This document shows positions 1 through 15,600 of a stretch of 64,000 nt of DNA, piece after piece. The notes under the pieces were generated by a model. It was given only the letters and a program-made list of their open reading frames with translations. It made no database searches and was not told the origin of the DNA. The translations under genes and the position numbers were made by a program. Within the stretch, counting starts at the first letter, position 1, and each line of letters begins with the position of its first letter. The stretch is from Nemertoderma westbladi (taxonomy: Eukaryota; Animalia; Xenacoelomorpha), in assembly GCA_032718475.1 (NCBI GenBank), contig JAUCBJ010009144.1, positions 74,841 to 138,840 of the forward strand, given 5' to 3'.

Positions 1-641
1 TTCTATATTACTTTCAATCGATTCAGCGGTCTGGAAAACCTATATAAATTCGTTAAAATTTCAATTTTGGTTTATTTTCCGAATCTCGTATTTTTCAAAA
101 TTTGAAGTGCCACGCCCTAATTTTGGTGCACCAAAAATGGCGAACCACTCAGTCTTCAGGCTTCTATATTACTTTCAATCGATTCAGCGGCCCAGAAAAC
201 CCATAAAGATGCGTTGAAATAAAAAAATTAGGGGCATTTTCTGAATATCTAATTTTTCAAAATTTGAAGTGCCACGCTCACTTCTTAGGTGCACGAAAAA
301 TAGCATCCACTTCAATTTTTGGAAGTGGAATATAATCACATTCGATTCAGCGTCTTGAAAAACCTACTAAATCTAGCCAACACTGCCACACTATTAGTTT
401 TTAGAAAACGAAAAATTTTGTAATTTTGTCCTGGGACTACTTTTATTTTTCATCAAAATTATGAGACCCTGCTTATGAAATTTTAATTTTTTAAGGTTTG
501 GTAGTGTTCATCTATAGTTGTTTCACCAACAGCCCAAATTTTGTAGGATTTCATTGGACGACTACAAAAATATAGTGGGTGGGCCGAATCGGCCCCCCCC
601 CCAGTGGTGCTAATGGTCAAAACACCCCAGTGGTAATAGGG
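1..641. mobile_element. Right-hand part of non-autonomous piggyBac-like element, family A (cut by window start)
   Basis: Ends ...CCCCAGTGGTAATAGGG followed by TTAA (642-645), then satellite. Matches 42648-43287 with fewer than ten differences by eye. Confidence 0.88.
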
Positions 642-3600
642 TTAAAGCCATGTCAAAATCCTTGGTATTTTTCTGCAATAATTTATCAAAATATCCTCTG
701 ATTCTTTACTATAACCATATCGATTTTAATATTTATAACTTCTAACCCACTCCACGAGATAGAGAATCTTAAATGAAAGTCAAAAGAACAGGTAACACTT
801 ACATTTATAGCAGTAATCAGCTGTTATATGCTACGTCTTTCCGCTGGAGATGGATGAATTTTGATTGTGTCAGAACACTATTGTGTCTATCTGTGGCTGT
901 CTGAGTGGAGAGATAAGAATCCTGTTTCCGTATTAATATTATTTATTATAGTTTCATCGTATTGCTAAAGTGGCTGGAGCTAAAGTTATTATGTAATGCA
1001 ATAATTCACCTCCAATATCTCAGCTATTTCATGAACATAATGAAGTATTAAAGCCATGTCAAAATCCTTGGTGTTTTTCTGCAATAATTTATCAAAATAT
1101 CCTCTAATTTTTTACAAAAACCATATCGATTTTCATATTTATAACTTCTATCCCACTCCATGAGATAGATAATCTTAAATGAAAGTCAAAAGAACAGGTA
1201 ACACTTACATTTATAGAAGTAATCAGCTGTTATTTGCTACGTCTTTCTGCTGGAGATAAATGAATTTTGATTGCATTGGAACACCCCCTATCTGTGGCTT
1301 TCTGAGTGGAGAGATAAGTATCCTATCTCCCTATTAATATTGTTGTGTTCTACAGTTGAATTATTATAGTTTCATCGTATTGCCAAAGTGACTGGAGCTG
1401 AAGTTAACTCATAATACAATAATTCACCTCAAATTTCTCAGCAAGTTCATGAACATAATGAAGTATTAATGCCATGTCAAAATCCTTGGTGTTTTTCTGC
1501 AATAATTTATCAAAATATCCTCTGATTTTCTACAAAAACCATATCGATTTTCATATTTATAACTTCTATCCCACTCCACGAGATAGAGAATCTTAAATGA
1601 ACGTCAAAAGAACAGGTAACACTTCCATTTATAGCAGTAATCAGCTGTTATTTGCTACGTCTTTCCGCTGGAGATGAATGAATTTAGATTGTGTCAGAAC
1701 ACCCCCTATCTGTGGTTGTATGAGTGGAGAGATAAGTATCCTGTTTCCGTATTAATATTGTTGTGTTCTAGAATATTTATTATAGTTTCATCGTATTGCT
1801 AAAGTGGCTGGAGCTAAAGTTATTATGTAATGCAATAATTCACCTCAAATATCTCAGCTATTTCATGAACATAATGAAGTATTAAAGCCATGTCAAAATC
1901 ATTGGTGTTTTTCTGCAATAATTTATCAAAATATCCTCTGATTTTTTACAAAAACCATATCGATTTTCATATTTATAACTTCTATTCCACTCCACGAGAT
2001 AGAGAATCTTAAATGAACGTCAAAAGAACAGGTAACACTTACATTTATAGCAGTAATCAGCTGTTATTTGCTACGTCTTTCCGCTGGAGATGAATGAATT
2101 TTGATTGTGTCAGAACACCCCCTATCTGTGGCTTTCTGAGTGGAGAGATAAGTAGCCTATCTCCCTATTAATATTGTTGTGTTCTACAATATTTTTTATA
2201 ATTTCATCGTATTGCCAAAGTGACTGGAGCTGAAGTTAACTCATAATACAATAATTCACCTCAAATTTCTCAGCAAGTTCATGAACATAATGAAGTATTA
2301 AAGCCATGTCAAAATCCTTGGTGTTTTTCTGCAATAATTTATCAAAATTTCCTCTGATTTTCTACAAAAACCATATCGATTTTCATATTTATAACTTCTA
2401 TCCCACTCCACGAGATAGAGAATCTTAAATGAACGTCAAAAGAACAGGTAACACTTACATTTATAGCAGTAATCAGCTGTTATTTGCTACGTCTTTCCGC
2501 TGGAGATGAATGAATTTTGATTGTGTCAGAACACCCCCTATCTGTGGCTTTCTGAGTGGAGAGATAAGTAGCCTATCTCCCTATTAATATTGTTGTGTTC
2601 TACAATATTTTTTATAATTTCATCGTATTGCCAAAGTGACTGGAGCTGAAGTAAACTCATAATACAATAATTCACCTCAAATATCTCAGCTATTTCATGA
2701 ACATAATGAAGTATTAAAGCCATGTCAAAATCCATGGTGTTTTTCTGCAATAATTTATCAAAATATCCTCTGATTTTTTTCAAAAACCATATCGATTTTC
2801 ATATTTATAACTTCTATCCCACTCCACGAGATAGAGAATCTTAAATGAACGTCAAAAGAACAGGTAACACTTACATTTATAGAAGTAATCAGCTATTATT
2901 TGCTATTATTTTCTTTCCGCTGGAGATGGATGAATTTTGATTGTGTCAGAACATCCCCTATCTGTGGTTGTATGAGTGGAAAGATAAGTAGCCTATATCC
3001 CTATTAATATTGTTGTGTCCTAGAATATTTATTATTGTTTCATCGTATTGCTAAAGTGGCTGGAGCTAAAGTTATTATGTAATGCAAAAATTCACCTCAA
3101 ATATCTCAGCTATTTCATGAACATAATGAAGTATTAAAGCCATGTCAAAATCCTTGGTGTTTTTCTGCAATAATTTATCAAAATATCCTCTAATTTTTTA
3201 CAAAAACCATATCGATTTTCATATTTATAACTTCTATCCCACTCCATGAGATAGATAATCTTAAATGAAAGTCAAAAGAACAGGTAACACTTACATTTAT
3301 AGAAGTAATCAGCTGTTATTTGCTACGTCTTTCTGCTGGAGATAAATGAATTTTGATTGCATTGGAACACCCCCTATCTGTGGCTTTCTGAGTGGAGAGA
3401 TAAGTATCCTATCTCCCTATTAATATTGTTGTGTTCTACAGTTGAATATTTATTATAGTTTCATCGTATTGCCAAAGTGACTGGAGCTGAAGTTAACTCA
3501 TAATACAATAATTCACCTCAAATTTCTCAGCAAGTTCATGAACATAATGAAGTATTAAAGCCATGTCAAAATCCTTGGTGTTTTTCTGCAATAATTTATC

Positions 3601-6600
3601 AAAATATCCTCTGATTTTCTACAAAAACCATATCGATTTTCATATTTATAACTTCTATCCCACTCCACGAGATAGAGAATCTTAAATGAACGTCAAAAGA
3701 ACAGGTAACACTTACATTTATAGCAGTAATCAGCTGTTATTTGCTACGTCTTTCCGCTGGAGATGAATGAATTTTGATTGTGTCAGAACACCCCCTATCT
3801 GTGGCTTTCTGAGTGGAGAGATAAGTAGCCTATCTCCCTATTAATATTGTTGTGTTCTACAATATTTTTTATAATTTCATCGTATTGCCAAAGTGACTGG
3901 AGCTGAAGTTAACTCATAATACAATAATTCACCTCAAATATCTCAGCTATTTCATGAACATAATGAAGTATTAAAGCCATGTCAAAATCCTTGGTGTTTT
4001 TCTGCAATAATTTATCAAAATATCCTCTGATTTTTTTCAAAAACCATATCGATTTTCATATTTATAACTTCTATCCCACTCCACGAGATAGAGAATCTTA
4101 AATGAACGTCAAAAGAACAGGTAACACTTACATTTATAGAAGTAATCAGCTATTATTTGCTACGTCTTTCCGCTGGAGATGGATGAATTTTGATTGTGTC
4201 AGATCATCCCCTATCTGTGGTTGTATGAGTGGAGAGATAAGTAGCCTATCTCCCTATTAATATTGTTGTGTCCTAGAATATTTATTATTGTTTCATCGTA
4301 TTGCTAAAGTGGCTGGAGCTAAAGTTATTATGTAATGCAATAATTCACCTCAAATATCTCAGCTATTTCATGAACATAATGAAGTATTAAAGCCATGTCA
4401 AAATCATTGGTGTTTTTCTGCAATAATTTATCAAAATTTCCTCTGATTTTTTTCAAAAACCATATCGATTTTCATATTTATAACTTCTATCCCACTCCAC
4501 GAGATAGAGAATCTTAAATGAACATCAAAAGAACAGGTAACACTTACATTTATAGAAGTAATCAGCTATTATTTGCTACGTCTTTCCGCTGGAGATGGAT
4601 GAATTTTGATTGTGTCAGAACACCCCCTATCTGTGGTTGTATGAGTGGAAAGATAAGTAGCCTATATCCCTATTAATATTGTTGTGTCCTAGAATATTTA
4701 TTATTGTTTCATCGTATTGCTAAAGTGGCTGGAGCTAAAGTTATTATGTAATGCAAAAATTCACCTCAAATATCTCAGCTATTTCATGAACATAATGAAG
4801 TATTAAAGCCATGTCAAAATCCTTGGTGTTTTTCTGCAATAATTTATCAAAATATCCTCTAATTTTTTACAAAAACCATATCGATTTTCATATTTATAAC
4901 TTCTATCCCACTCCATGAGATAGATAATCTTAAATGAAAGTCAAAAGAACAGGTAACACTTACATTTATAGAAGTAATCAGCTGTTATTTGCTATGTCTT
5001 TCTGCTGGAGATAAATGAATTTTGATTGCATTGGAACACCCCCTATCTGTGGCTTTCTGAGTGGAGAGATAAGTATCCTATCTCCCTATTAATATTGTTG
5101 TGTTCTACAGTTGAATATTTATTATAGTTTCATCGTATTGCCAAAGTGACTGGAGCTGAAGTTAACTCATAATACAATAATTCACCTGAAATTTTTCAGC
5201 AAGTTCATGAACATAATGAAGTATTAAAGCCATGTCAAAATCCTTGGTGTTTTTCTGCAATAATTTATCAAAATATCCTCTGATTTTCTACAAAAACCAT
5301 ATCGATTTTCATATTTATAACTTCTATCCCACTCCACGAGATAGAGAATCTTAAATGAACGTCAAAAGAACAGGTAACACTTACATTTATAGCAGTAATC
5401 AGCTGTTATTTGCTACGTCTTTCCGCTGGAGATGAATGAATTTAGATTGTGTCAGAACACCCCCTATCTGTGGTTGTATGAGTGGAGAGATAAGTATCCT
5501 GTTTCCGTATTAATATTGTTGTGTTCTAGAATATTTATTATAGTTTCATCGTATTGCTAAAGTGGCTGGAGCTAAAGTTATTATGTAATGCAATAATTCA
5601 CCTCAAATATCTCAGCTATTTCATGAACATAATGAAGTATTAAAGCCATTTCAAAATCATTGGTGTTTTTCTGCAATAATTTATCAAAATATCCTCTGAT
5701 TTTTTACAAAAACCATATCGATTTTCATATTTATAACTTCTATTCCACTCCACGAGATAGAGAATCTTAAATGAACGTCAAAAGAACAGGTAACACTTAC
5801 ATTTATAGCAGTAATCAGCTGTTATTTGCTACGTCTTTCCGCTGGAGATGAATGAATTTTGATTGTGTCAGAACACCCCCTATCTGTGGCTTTCTGAGTG
5901 GAGAGATAAGTAGCCTATCTCCCTATTAATATTGTTGTGTTCTACAATATTTTTTATAATTTCATCGTATTGCCAAAGTGACTGGAGCTGAAGTTAACTC
6001 ATAATACAATAATTCACCTCAAATATCTCAGCTATTTCATGAACATAATGAAGTATTAAAGCCATGTCAAAATCCTTGGTGTTTTTCTGCAATAATTTAT
6101 CAAAATATCCTCTGATTTTTTTCAAAAACCATATCGATTTTCATATTTATAACTTCTATCCCACTCCACGAGATAGAGAATCTTAAATGAACGTCAAAAG
6201 AACAGGTAACACTTACATTTATAGAAGTAATCAGCTATTATTTGCTACGTCTTTCCGCTGGAGATGGATGAATTTTGATTGTGTCAGATCATCCCCTATC
6301 TGTGGTTTTATGAGTGGAGAGATAAGTAGCCTATCTCCCTATTAATATTGTTGTGTCCTAGAATATTTATTATTGTTTCATCGTATTGCTAAAGTGGCTG
6401 GAGCTAAAGTTATTATGTAATGCAATAATTCACCTCAAATATCTCAGCTATTTCATGAACATAATGAAGTATTAAAGCCATGTCAAAATCATTGGTGTTT
6501 TTCTGCAATAATTTATCAAAATTTCCTCTGATTTTTTTCAAAAACCATATCGATTTTCATATTTATAACTTCTATCCCACTCCACGAGATAGAGAATCTT

Positions 6601-9600
6601 AAATGAACGTCAAAAGAACAGGTAACACTTACATTTATAGAAGTAATCAGCTATTATTTGCTACGTCTTTCCGCTGGAGATGGATGAATTTTGATTGTGT
6701 CAGAACACCCCCTATCTGTGGTTGTATGAGTGGAAAGATAAGTAGCCTATCTCCCTATTAATATTGTTGTGTTCTAGAATATTTATTATAGTTTCATCGT
6801 ATTGCTAAAGTGGCTGGAGCTAAAGTTATTATGTAATGCAATAGTTCACCTCAAATATCTCAGCTATTTCATGAACATAATGAAGTATTAAAGCCATGTC
6901 AAAATCATTGGTGTTTTTCTGCAATAATTTATCAAAATATCCTCTGATTTTTTTCAAAAACCATATCGATTTTCATATTTATAACTTCTATCCCACTCCA
7001 CGAGATAGAGAATCTTAAATGAACGTCAAAAGAACAGGTAACACTTACATTTATAGAAGTAATCAGCTGTTATTTGCTACGTCTTTCCGCTGGAGATGGA
7101 TGAATTTTGATTGTGTCAGAACACCCCCTATCTGTGGCTTTCTGAGTGGAGAGATAAGTATCCTATCTCCCTATTAATATTGTTGTGTTCTACAGTTGAA
7201 TATTTATTATAGTTTCATCGTATTGCCAAAGTGACTGGAGCTGAAGTTAACTCATAATACAATAATTCACCTGAAATTTCTCAGCAAGTTCATGAACATA
7301 ATGAAGTATTAAAGCCATGTCAAAATCCTTGGTGTTTTTCTGCAATAATTTATCAAAATATCCTCTGATTTTCTACAAAAACCATATCGATTTTCATATT
7401 TATAACTTCTATCCCACTCCACGAGATAGAGAATCTTAAATGAACGTCAAAAGAACAGGTAACACTTACATTTATAGCAGTAATCAGCTGTTATTTGCTA
7501 CGTCTTTCCGCTGGAGATGAATGAATTTAGATTGTGTCAGAACACCCCCTATCTGTGGTTGTATGAGTGGAGAGATAAGTATCCTGTTTCCGTATTAATA
7601 TTGTTGTGTTCTAGAATATTTATTATAGTTTCATCGTATTGCTAAAGTGGCTGGAGCTAAAGTTATTATGTAATGCAATAATTCACCTCAAATATCTCAG
7701 CTATTTCATGAACATAATGAAGTATTAAAGCCATTTCAAAATCATTGGTGTTTTTCTGCAATAATTTATCAAAATATCCTCTGATTTTTTACAAAAACCA
7801 TATCGATTTTCATATTTATAACTTCTATTCCACTCCACGAGATAGAGAATCGTAAATGAACGTCAAAAGAACAGGTAACACTTACATTTATAGCAGTAAT
7901 CAGCTGTTATTTGCTACGTCTTTCCGCTGGAGATGAATGAATTTTGATTGTGTCAGAACACCCCCTATCTGTGGCTTTCTGAGTGGAGAGATAAGTAGCC
8001 TATCTCCCTATTAATATTGTTGTGTTCTACAATATTTTTTATAATTTCATCGTATTGCCAAAGTGACTGGAGCTGAAGTTAACTCATAATACAATAATTC
8101 ACCTCAAATATCTCAGCTATTTCATGAACATAATGAAGTATTAAAGCCATGTCAAAATCCTTGGTGTTTTTCTGCAATAATTTATCAAAATATCCTCTGA
8201 TTTTTTTCAAAAACCATATCGATTTTCATATTTATAACTTCTATCCCACTCCACGAGATAGAGAATCTTAAATGAACGTCAAAAGAACAGGTAACACTTA
8301 CATTTATAGAAGTAATCAGCTATTATTTGCTACGTCTTTCCGCTGGAGATGGATGAATTTTGATTGTGTCAGATCATCCCCTATCTGTGGTTTTATGAGT
8401 GGAGAGATAAGTAGCCTATCTCCCTATTAATATTGTTGTGTCCTAGAATATTTATTATTGTTTCATCGTATTGCTAAAGTGGCTGGAGCTAAAGTTATTA
8501 TGTAATGCAATAATTCACCTCAAATATCTCAGCTATTTCATGAACATAATGAAGTATTAAAGCCATGTCAAAATCATTGGTGTTTTTCTGCAATAATTTA
8601 TCAAAATTTCCTCTGATTTTTTTCAAAAACCATATCGATTTTCATATTTATAACTTCTATCCCACTCCACGAGATAGAGAATCTTAAATGAACGTCAAAA
8701 GAACAGGTAACACTTACATTTATAGAAGTAATCAGCTATTATTTGCTACGTCTTTCCGCTGGAGATGGATGAATTTTGATTGTGTCAGAACACCCCCTAT
8801 CTGTGGTTGTATGAGTGGAAAGATAAGTAGCCTATCTCCCTATTAATATTGTTGTGTTCTAGAATATTTATTATAGTTTCATCGTATTGCTAAAGTGGCT
8901 GGAGCTAAAGTTATTATGTAATGCAATAGTTCACCTCAAATATCTCAGCTATTTCATGAACATAATGAAGTATTAAAGCCATGTCAAAATCATTGGTGTT
9001 TTTCTGCAATAATTTATCAAAATATCCTCTGATTTTTTTCAAAAACCATATCGATTTTCATATTTATAACTTCTATCCCACTCCACGAGATAGAGAATCT
9101 TAAATGAACGTCAAAAGAACAGGTAACACTTACATTTATAGAAGTAATCAGCTGTTATTTGCTACGTCTTTCCGCTGGAGATGGATGAATTTTGATTGTG
9201 TCAGAACACCCCCTATCTGTGGCTTTCTGAGTGGAGAGATAAGTAGCCTATCTCCCTATTAATATTGTTGTGTTCTACAATATTTTTTATAATTTCATCG
9301 TATTGCCAAAGTGACTGGAGCTGAAGTTAACTCATAATACAATAATTCACCTCAAATATCTCAGCTATTTCATGAACATAATGAAGTATTAAAGCCATGT
9401 CAAAATCCTTGGTATTTTTCTGCAATAATTTATCAAAATATCCTCTGATTCTTTACTATAACCATATCGATTTTGATATTTATAACTTCTAACCCACTCC
9501 ACGAGATAGAGAATCTTAAATGAAAGTCAAAAGAACAGGTAACACTTACATTTATAGCAGTAATCAGCTGTTATATGCTACGTCTTTCCGCTGGAGATGG

Positions 9601-12600
9601 ATGAATTTTGATTGTGTCAGAACACCCCCTATCTGTGGCTGTCTGAGTGGAGAGATAAGAATCCTGTTTCCGTATTAATATTATTTATTATAGTTTCATC
9701 GTATTGCTAAAGTGGCTGGAGCTAAAGTTATTATGTAATGCAATAATTGACCTCAAATATCTCAGCTATTTCATGAACATAATGAAGTATTAAATCCATG
9801 TCAAAATCCTTGGTGTTTTTCTGCAATAATTAATCAAAATATCCTCTGATTCTTTACTATAACCATATCGATTTTAATATTTATAACTTCTAACCCACTC
9901 CACGAGATAGATAATCTTAAATGAAAATCAAAAGAACAGGTAACACTTATATTTATAGAAGTAATCAGCTGTTATTTGCTACGTCTTTTCACTGGAGATG
10001 GATGAATTTTGATTGTGTCAGAACACCGCCTATCTGTGGCTGTCTAAGTGGAGAGATAAGTATCCTATTTCCGTGTTAATATTGTTGTGTTCTAGAATAT
10101 TTATTATAGTTTCATCGTATTGCTAAAGTGGCTAGAGCTAAAGTTATTATGTAATGCAATAATTCACCTCAAATATCACAGCTATTTCATGAACATAATG
10201 AAGTATTAAAGCCATGTCAAAATACTTGGTGTTTTTCTGTAATAATTTATCAAATTATCCTCTGATTTTCTACAAAAACCATATCGATTTTCTAATTTAT
10301 ATCTTCTAACCCACTCCACGAGATAGAGAATCTTAAATGAAAGTCAAAAGAACAGGTAACACTTACATTTATAGAAGTAATCAGCTGTTATTTGCTACGT
10401 CTTTCCACTGAAGATGAATGAATTTTGATTGGGTCAGAACACCCCCTATCTGTGTTTGTATGCGTGGAGAGATAAGTAGACTATCTCCCTATTAATATTG
10501 CTGTGTTCTAGAATATTTATTATTGTTTCATCGTATTGCTAAAGTGGCTGGAGCTAAAGTTATTATTTAATGCAAATATCTCAGCTATTTCATGAAAATA
10601 ATGAAGTATTAAAGCCATGTCAAAATCATTGGTGTTTTTCTGCAATAATTTATCAAAATATCCTCTGATTCTTTACTATAACCATATCGATTTTAATATT
10701 TATAACTTCTAACCCACTCCACGAGATAGATAATCTTAAATGAAAATCAAAAGAACAGGTAACACTTATATTTATAGAAGTAATCAGCTGTTATTTGCTA
10801 CGTCTTTCCGCTGGAGATGGATTAATTTTGATTGCGTTGGAACACCCCCTATCTGTGGCTTTCTGGGTGGAGATATAAGTATCCTATCTCCCTATTAATA
10901 TTGCTGTGTTCTAGAATATTTATTATTGTTTCATCGTATTGCTAAAGTGGCTGGAGCTAAAATTATTATGTAATGCAATAATTCACCTCAAATATCTCAG
11001 CTATTTCATGAACATAATGAAGTATTAAAGCCATGTCAAAATACTTGGTGTTTTTCTGTAATAATTTATCAAAATATCCTCTGATTTTTTTTAAAAACCA
11101 TATCGATTTTCTAATTTATATCTTCTAACCCACTCCACGAGAAAGAGAATCTTAAATGAAAGTCAAAAGAACAGGTAACACTTACATTTAAAGAAGTAAT
11201 CAGCTGTTATTTGCTACGTCTTTCTGCTGGAGATGGATGAATTTTGATTGCGTTGGAACACCCCCTATCTGTGGCTGTATGAGTGGAGAGATAAGTAGCC
11301 TATCTCCCTATTAATATTGTTGTGTTCTAGAATATTTATTATTGTTTCATCGTATTGCTAAAGTGACTAGAGCTGAAGTTAACTCATAATACAATAATTC
11401 ACCTCAAATATCTCAGCTATTTCATGAACATAATGAAGTATTAAAGCCATGTCAAAATCCTTGGTGTTTTTCTGCAATAATTTATCAAAATATCCTCTGT
11501 TTTTTTACAAAAACCATATCGATTTTCATATTTATAACTTCTAACCCACTCCAAGAGATAGAGAATCTTAAATGAAAGTCACAAGAACAGTAACACTTAC
11601 ATTTATAGCAGTAATCAGCTGTTATTTGCTACGTCTTTCCACTGGAGATGGATGAATTTTGATTGTGTCAGAACACCGCCTATCTGTGGCTGTCTAAGTG
11701 GAGAGATAAGTATCCTATTTCCGTGTTAATATTGTTGTGTTCTAGAATATTTATTATAGTTTCATCGTATTGCTAAAGTGGCTGGAGCTAAAGTTATTAT
11801 GTAATGCAATAATTCACCTCAAATATCACAGCTATTTCATGAACATAATGAAGTATTAAAGCCATGTCAAAATACTTGGTGTTTTTCTGTAATAATTTAT
11901 CAAATTATCCTCTGATTTTTTTTAAAAACCATATCGATTTTCTAATTTATATCTTCTAACCCACTCCACGAGATAGAGAATCTTAAATGAAAGTCAAAAG
12001 AACAGGTAACACTTACATTTATGGAAGTAATCAGCTGTTATTTGCTACGTCTTTCCACTGAAGATGAATGAATTTTGATTGGGTCAGAACACCCCCTATC
12101 TGTGGTTGTATGCGTGGAGAGATAAGTAGACTATCTCCCTATTAATATTGCTGTGTTCTAGAATATTTATTATTGTTTCATCGTATTGCTAAAGTGGCTG
12201 GAGCTAAAGTTATTATTTAATGCAAATATCTCAGCTATTTCATGAAAATAATGAAGTATTAAAGCCATGTCAAAATCATTGGTGTTTTTCTGCAATAATT
12301 TATCAAAATATCCTCTGATTTTTTTCAATAACCATATCGATTTTCATATTTATAACTTCTATCCCACTCCACGAGATAGAGAATCTTAAATGAAAGTCAA
12401 AAGAACAGGTAACACTTACATTTAAAGAAGTAATCAGCTGTTATTTGCTACGTCTTTCCGCTGGAGATGGATGAATTTTGATTGCGTTGGAACACCCCCT
12501 ATCTGTGGCTGTATGAGTGGAGAGATAAGTAGCCTATCTCCCTATTAATATTGTTGTGTTCTAGAATATTTATTATTGGTTCATCGTATTGCTAAAGTGG

Positions 12601-15600
12601 CTGGAGCTAAAGTTATTATGTAATGCAATAATTCACCTCAAATATCACAGCTATTTCATGAACATAATGAAGTATTAAAGCCATGTCAAAATACTTGGTG
12701 TTTTTCTGTAATAATTTATCAAAATATCCTCTGATTTTTTTTAAAAACCATATCGATTTTCTAATTTATATCTTCTAACCCACTCCACGAGATAGAGAAT
12801 CTTAAATGAAAGTCAAAAGAACAGGTAACACTTACATTTATAGAAGTAATCAGCTGTTATTTGCTACGTCTTTCCGCTGAAGATGAATGAATTTTGATTG
12901 GGTCAGAACACCCCCTATCTGTGGTTGTATGTGTGGAGAGATAAGTAGCCTATCTCCCTATTAATATTGCTGTGTTCTAGAATATTTATTATTGTTTCAT
13001 CGTATTGCTAAAGTGGCTGGAGCTAAAGTTATTATTTAATGCAAATATCTCAGCTATTTCATGAAAATAATGAAGTATTAAAGCCATGTCAAAATCATTG
13101 GTGTTTTTCTGCAATAATTTATCAAAATATCCTCTGATTTTTTTCAAAAACCATATCGATTTTCATATTTATAACTTCTATCCCACTCCACGAGATAGCT
13201 AATCTTAAATGAACGTCAAAACAACAGGTAACACTTACATTTATAGAAGTAATCAGCTGTTATTTGCTACGTCTTTCAGCAGGAGATGGATGAATTTTGA
13301 TTGTGTCAAAAAAAACCCTATCTGTGGCTTTCTGAGTGGAGAGATAAGTAGCCTATCTCCCAGTTAATATTGTTGTGTTCTAGAATATTTATTATAGTTT
13401 TATCGTATTGCCAAAGTGACTGGAGCTGAAGTTAACTCATAATACAATAATTCACCTCAATTTTGATTGTGTCAGAACACCCCCTATCTGTGGATGTCTG
13501 AGTGGAGAGATAAGTAGCCTATCTCCCTATTAATATTGTTGTGTTCTAGAATATTTATTATAGTTTCATCGCATTGCTAAAGTGGCTGGAGCTAAAGTTA
13601 TTATGTAATGCAATAATTGACCTCAAATATCTCAGCTATTTCATGAACATAATGAAGTATTAAATCCATGTCAAAATCCTTGTTATTTTTCTGCAATAAT
13701 TTATCAAAATATCCTCTGATTCTTTACTATAACCATATCGATTTTAATATTTATAACTTCTAACCCACTCCACGAGATAGATAATCTTAAATGAAAATCA
13801 AAAGAACAGGTAACACTTACATTTATAGAAGTAATCAGCTGTTATTTGCTACGTCTTTCCGCTGGAGATGGATTAATTTTGATTGCGTTGGAACACCCCC
13901 TATCTGTGGCTTTCTGGGTGGAGAGATAAGTATCCTACCTCCCTATTAATATTGCTGTGTTCTAGAATATTTATTATTGTTTCATCGTATTGCTAAAGTG
14001 GCTGGAGCTAAAATTATTATGTAATGCAATAATTCACCTCAAATATCTCAGCTATTTCATGAACATAATGAAGTATTAAAGCCATGTCAAAATAATTGGT
14101 GTTTTTCTGCAATAATTTATCAAAATATCCTCTGATTCTTTACTATAACCATATCGATTTTAATATTTATAACTTCTAACCCACTCCACGAGATAGATAA
14201 TCTTAAATGAAAATCAAAAGAACAGGTAACACTTACATTTATAGAAGTAATCAGCTGTTATTTGCTACGTCTTTCCGCTGGAGATGGATGAATTTTGATT
14301 GTGTCAGAACACCCCTATCTGTGGCTGTCTGAGTTGAGAGATAAGTAGCCTATCTCCCTATTAATATTGTTGTGTTCTAGAATATTTATTATAGTTTCAT
14401 CGCATTGCTAAAGTGGCTGGAGCTAAAGTTATTATGTAATGCAATAATTGACCTCAAATATCTCAGCTATTTCATGAACATAATCAAGTATTAAAGCCAT
14501 GTCAAAATCCTTGGTGTTTTTCTGCAATAATTTATCAAAATATCCTCTGATTTTTTTAAAAAACCATATCGATTTTCTTATTTTTATCTTCTAACCCACT
14601 CCACGAGATAGAGAATCTTAAATGAAAGTCAAAAGAACAGGTAACACTTACATTTAAAGAAGTAATCAGCTGTTATTTGCTACGTCTTTCTGCTGGAGAT
14701 GGATGAATTTTGATTGCGTTGGAACACCCCCTATCTGTGGCTGTATGAGTGGAGAGATAAGTAGCCTATCTCCCTATTAATATTGTTGTGTTCTAGAATA
14801 TTTATTATTGTTTCATCGTATTGCTAAAGTGACTAGAGCTGAAGTTAACTCATAATACAATAATTCACCTCAAATATCTCAGCTATTTCATGAACATAAT
14901 GAAGTATTAAAGCCATGTCAAAATCCTTGGTGTTTTTCTGCAATAATTTATCAAAATATCCTCTGTTTTTTTACAAAAACCATATCGATTTTCATATTTA
15001 TAACTTCTAACCCACTCCAAGAGATAGAGAATCTTAAATGAAAGTCACAAGAACAGTAACACTTACATTTATAGCAGTAATCAGCTGTTATTTGCTATGT
15101 CTTTCCGCTGGAGATGGATGAATTTTGATTGTGTCAGAACACCGCCTATCTGTGGCTGTCTAAGTGGAGAGATAAGTATCCTATTTCCGTGTTAATATTG
15201 TTGTGTTCTAGAATATTTATTATAGTTTAATCGTATTGCTAAAGTGGCTGGAGCTAAAGTTATTATGTAATGCAATAATTCACCTCAAATATCACAGCTA
15301 TTTCATGAACATAATGAAGTATTAAAGCCATGTCAAAATACTTGGTGTTTTTCTGTAATAATTTATCAAAATATCCTCTGATTTTTTTTAAAAACCATAT
15401 CGATTTTCTAATTTATATCTTCTAACCCACTCCACGAGATAGAGAATCTTAAATGAAAGTCAAAAGAACAGGTAACACTTACATTTATAGAAGTAATCAG
15501 CTGTTATTTGCTACGTCTTTCCGCTGAAGATGAATGAATATTGATTGGGTCAGAACACCCCCTATCTGTGGTTGTATGCGTGGAGAGATAAGTAGCCTAT

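Noticed and set aside
3836-3844. CCCTATTAA in each monomer equals the MITE terminus
   Set aside because: It is only 8-9 bp, is not preceded by TTAA and has no subterminal palindrome, so it is compatible with chance.
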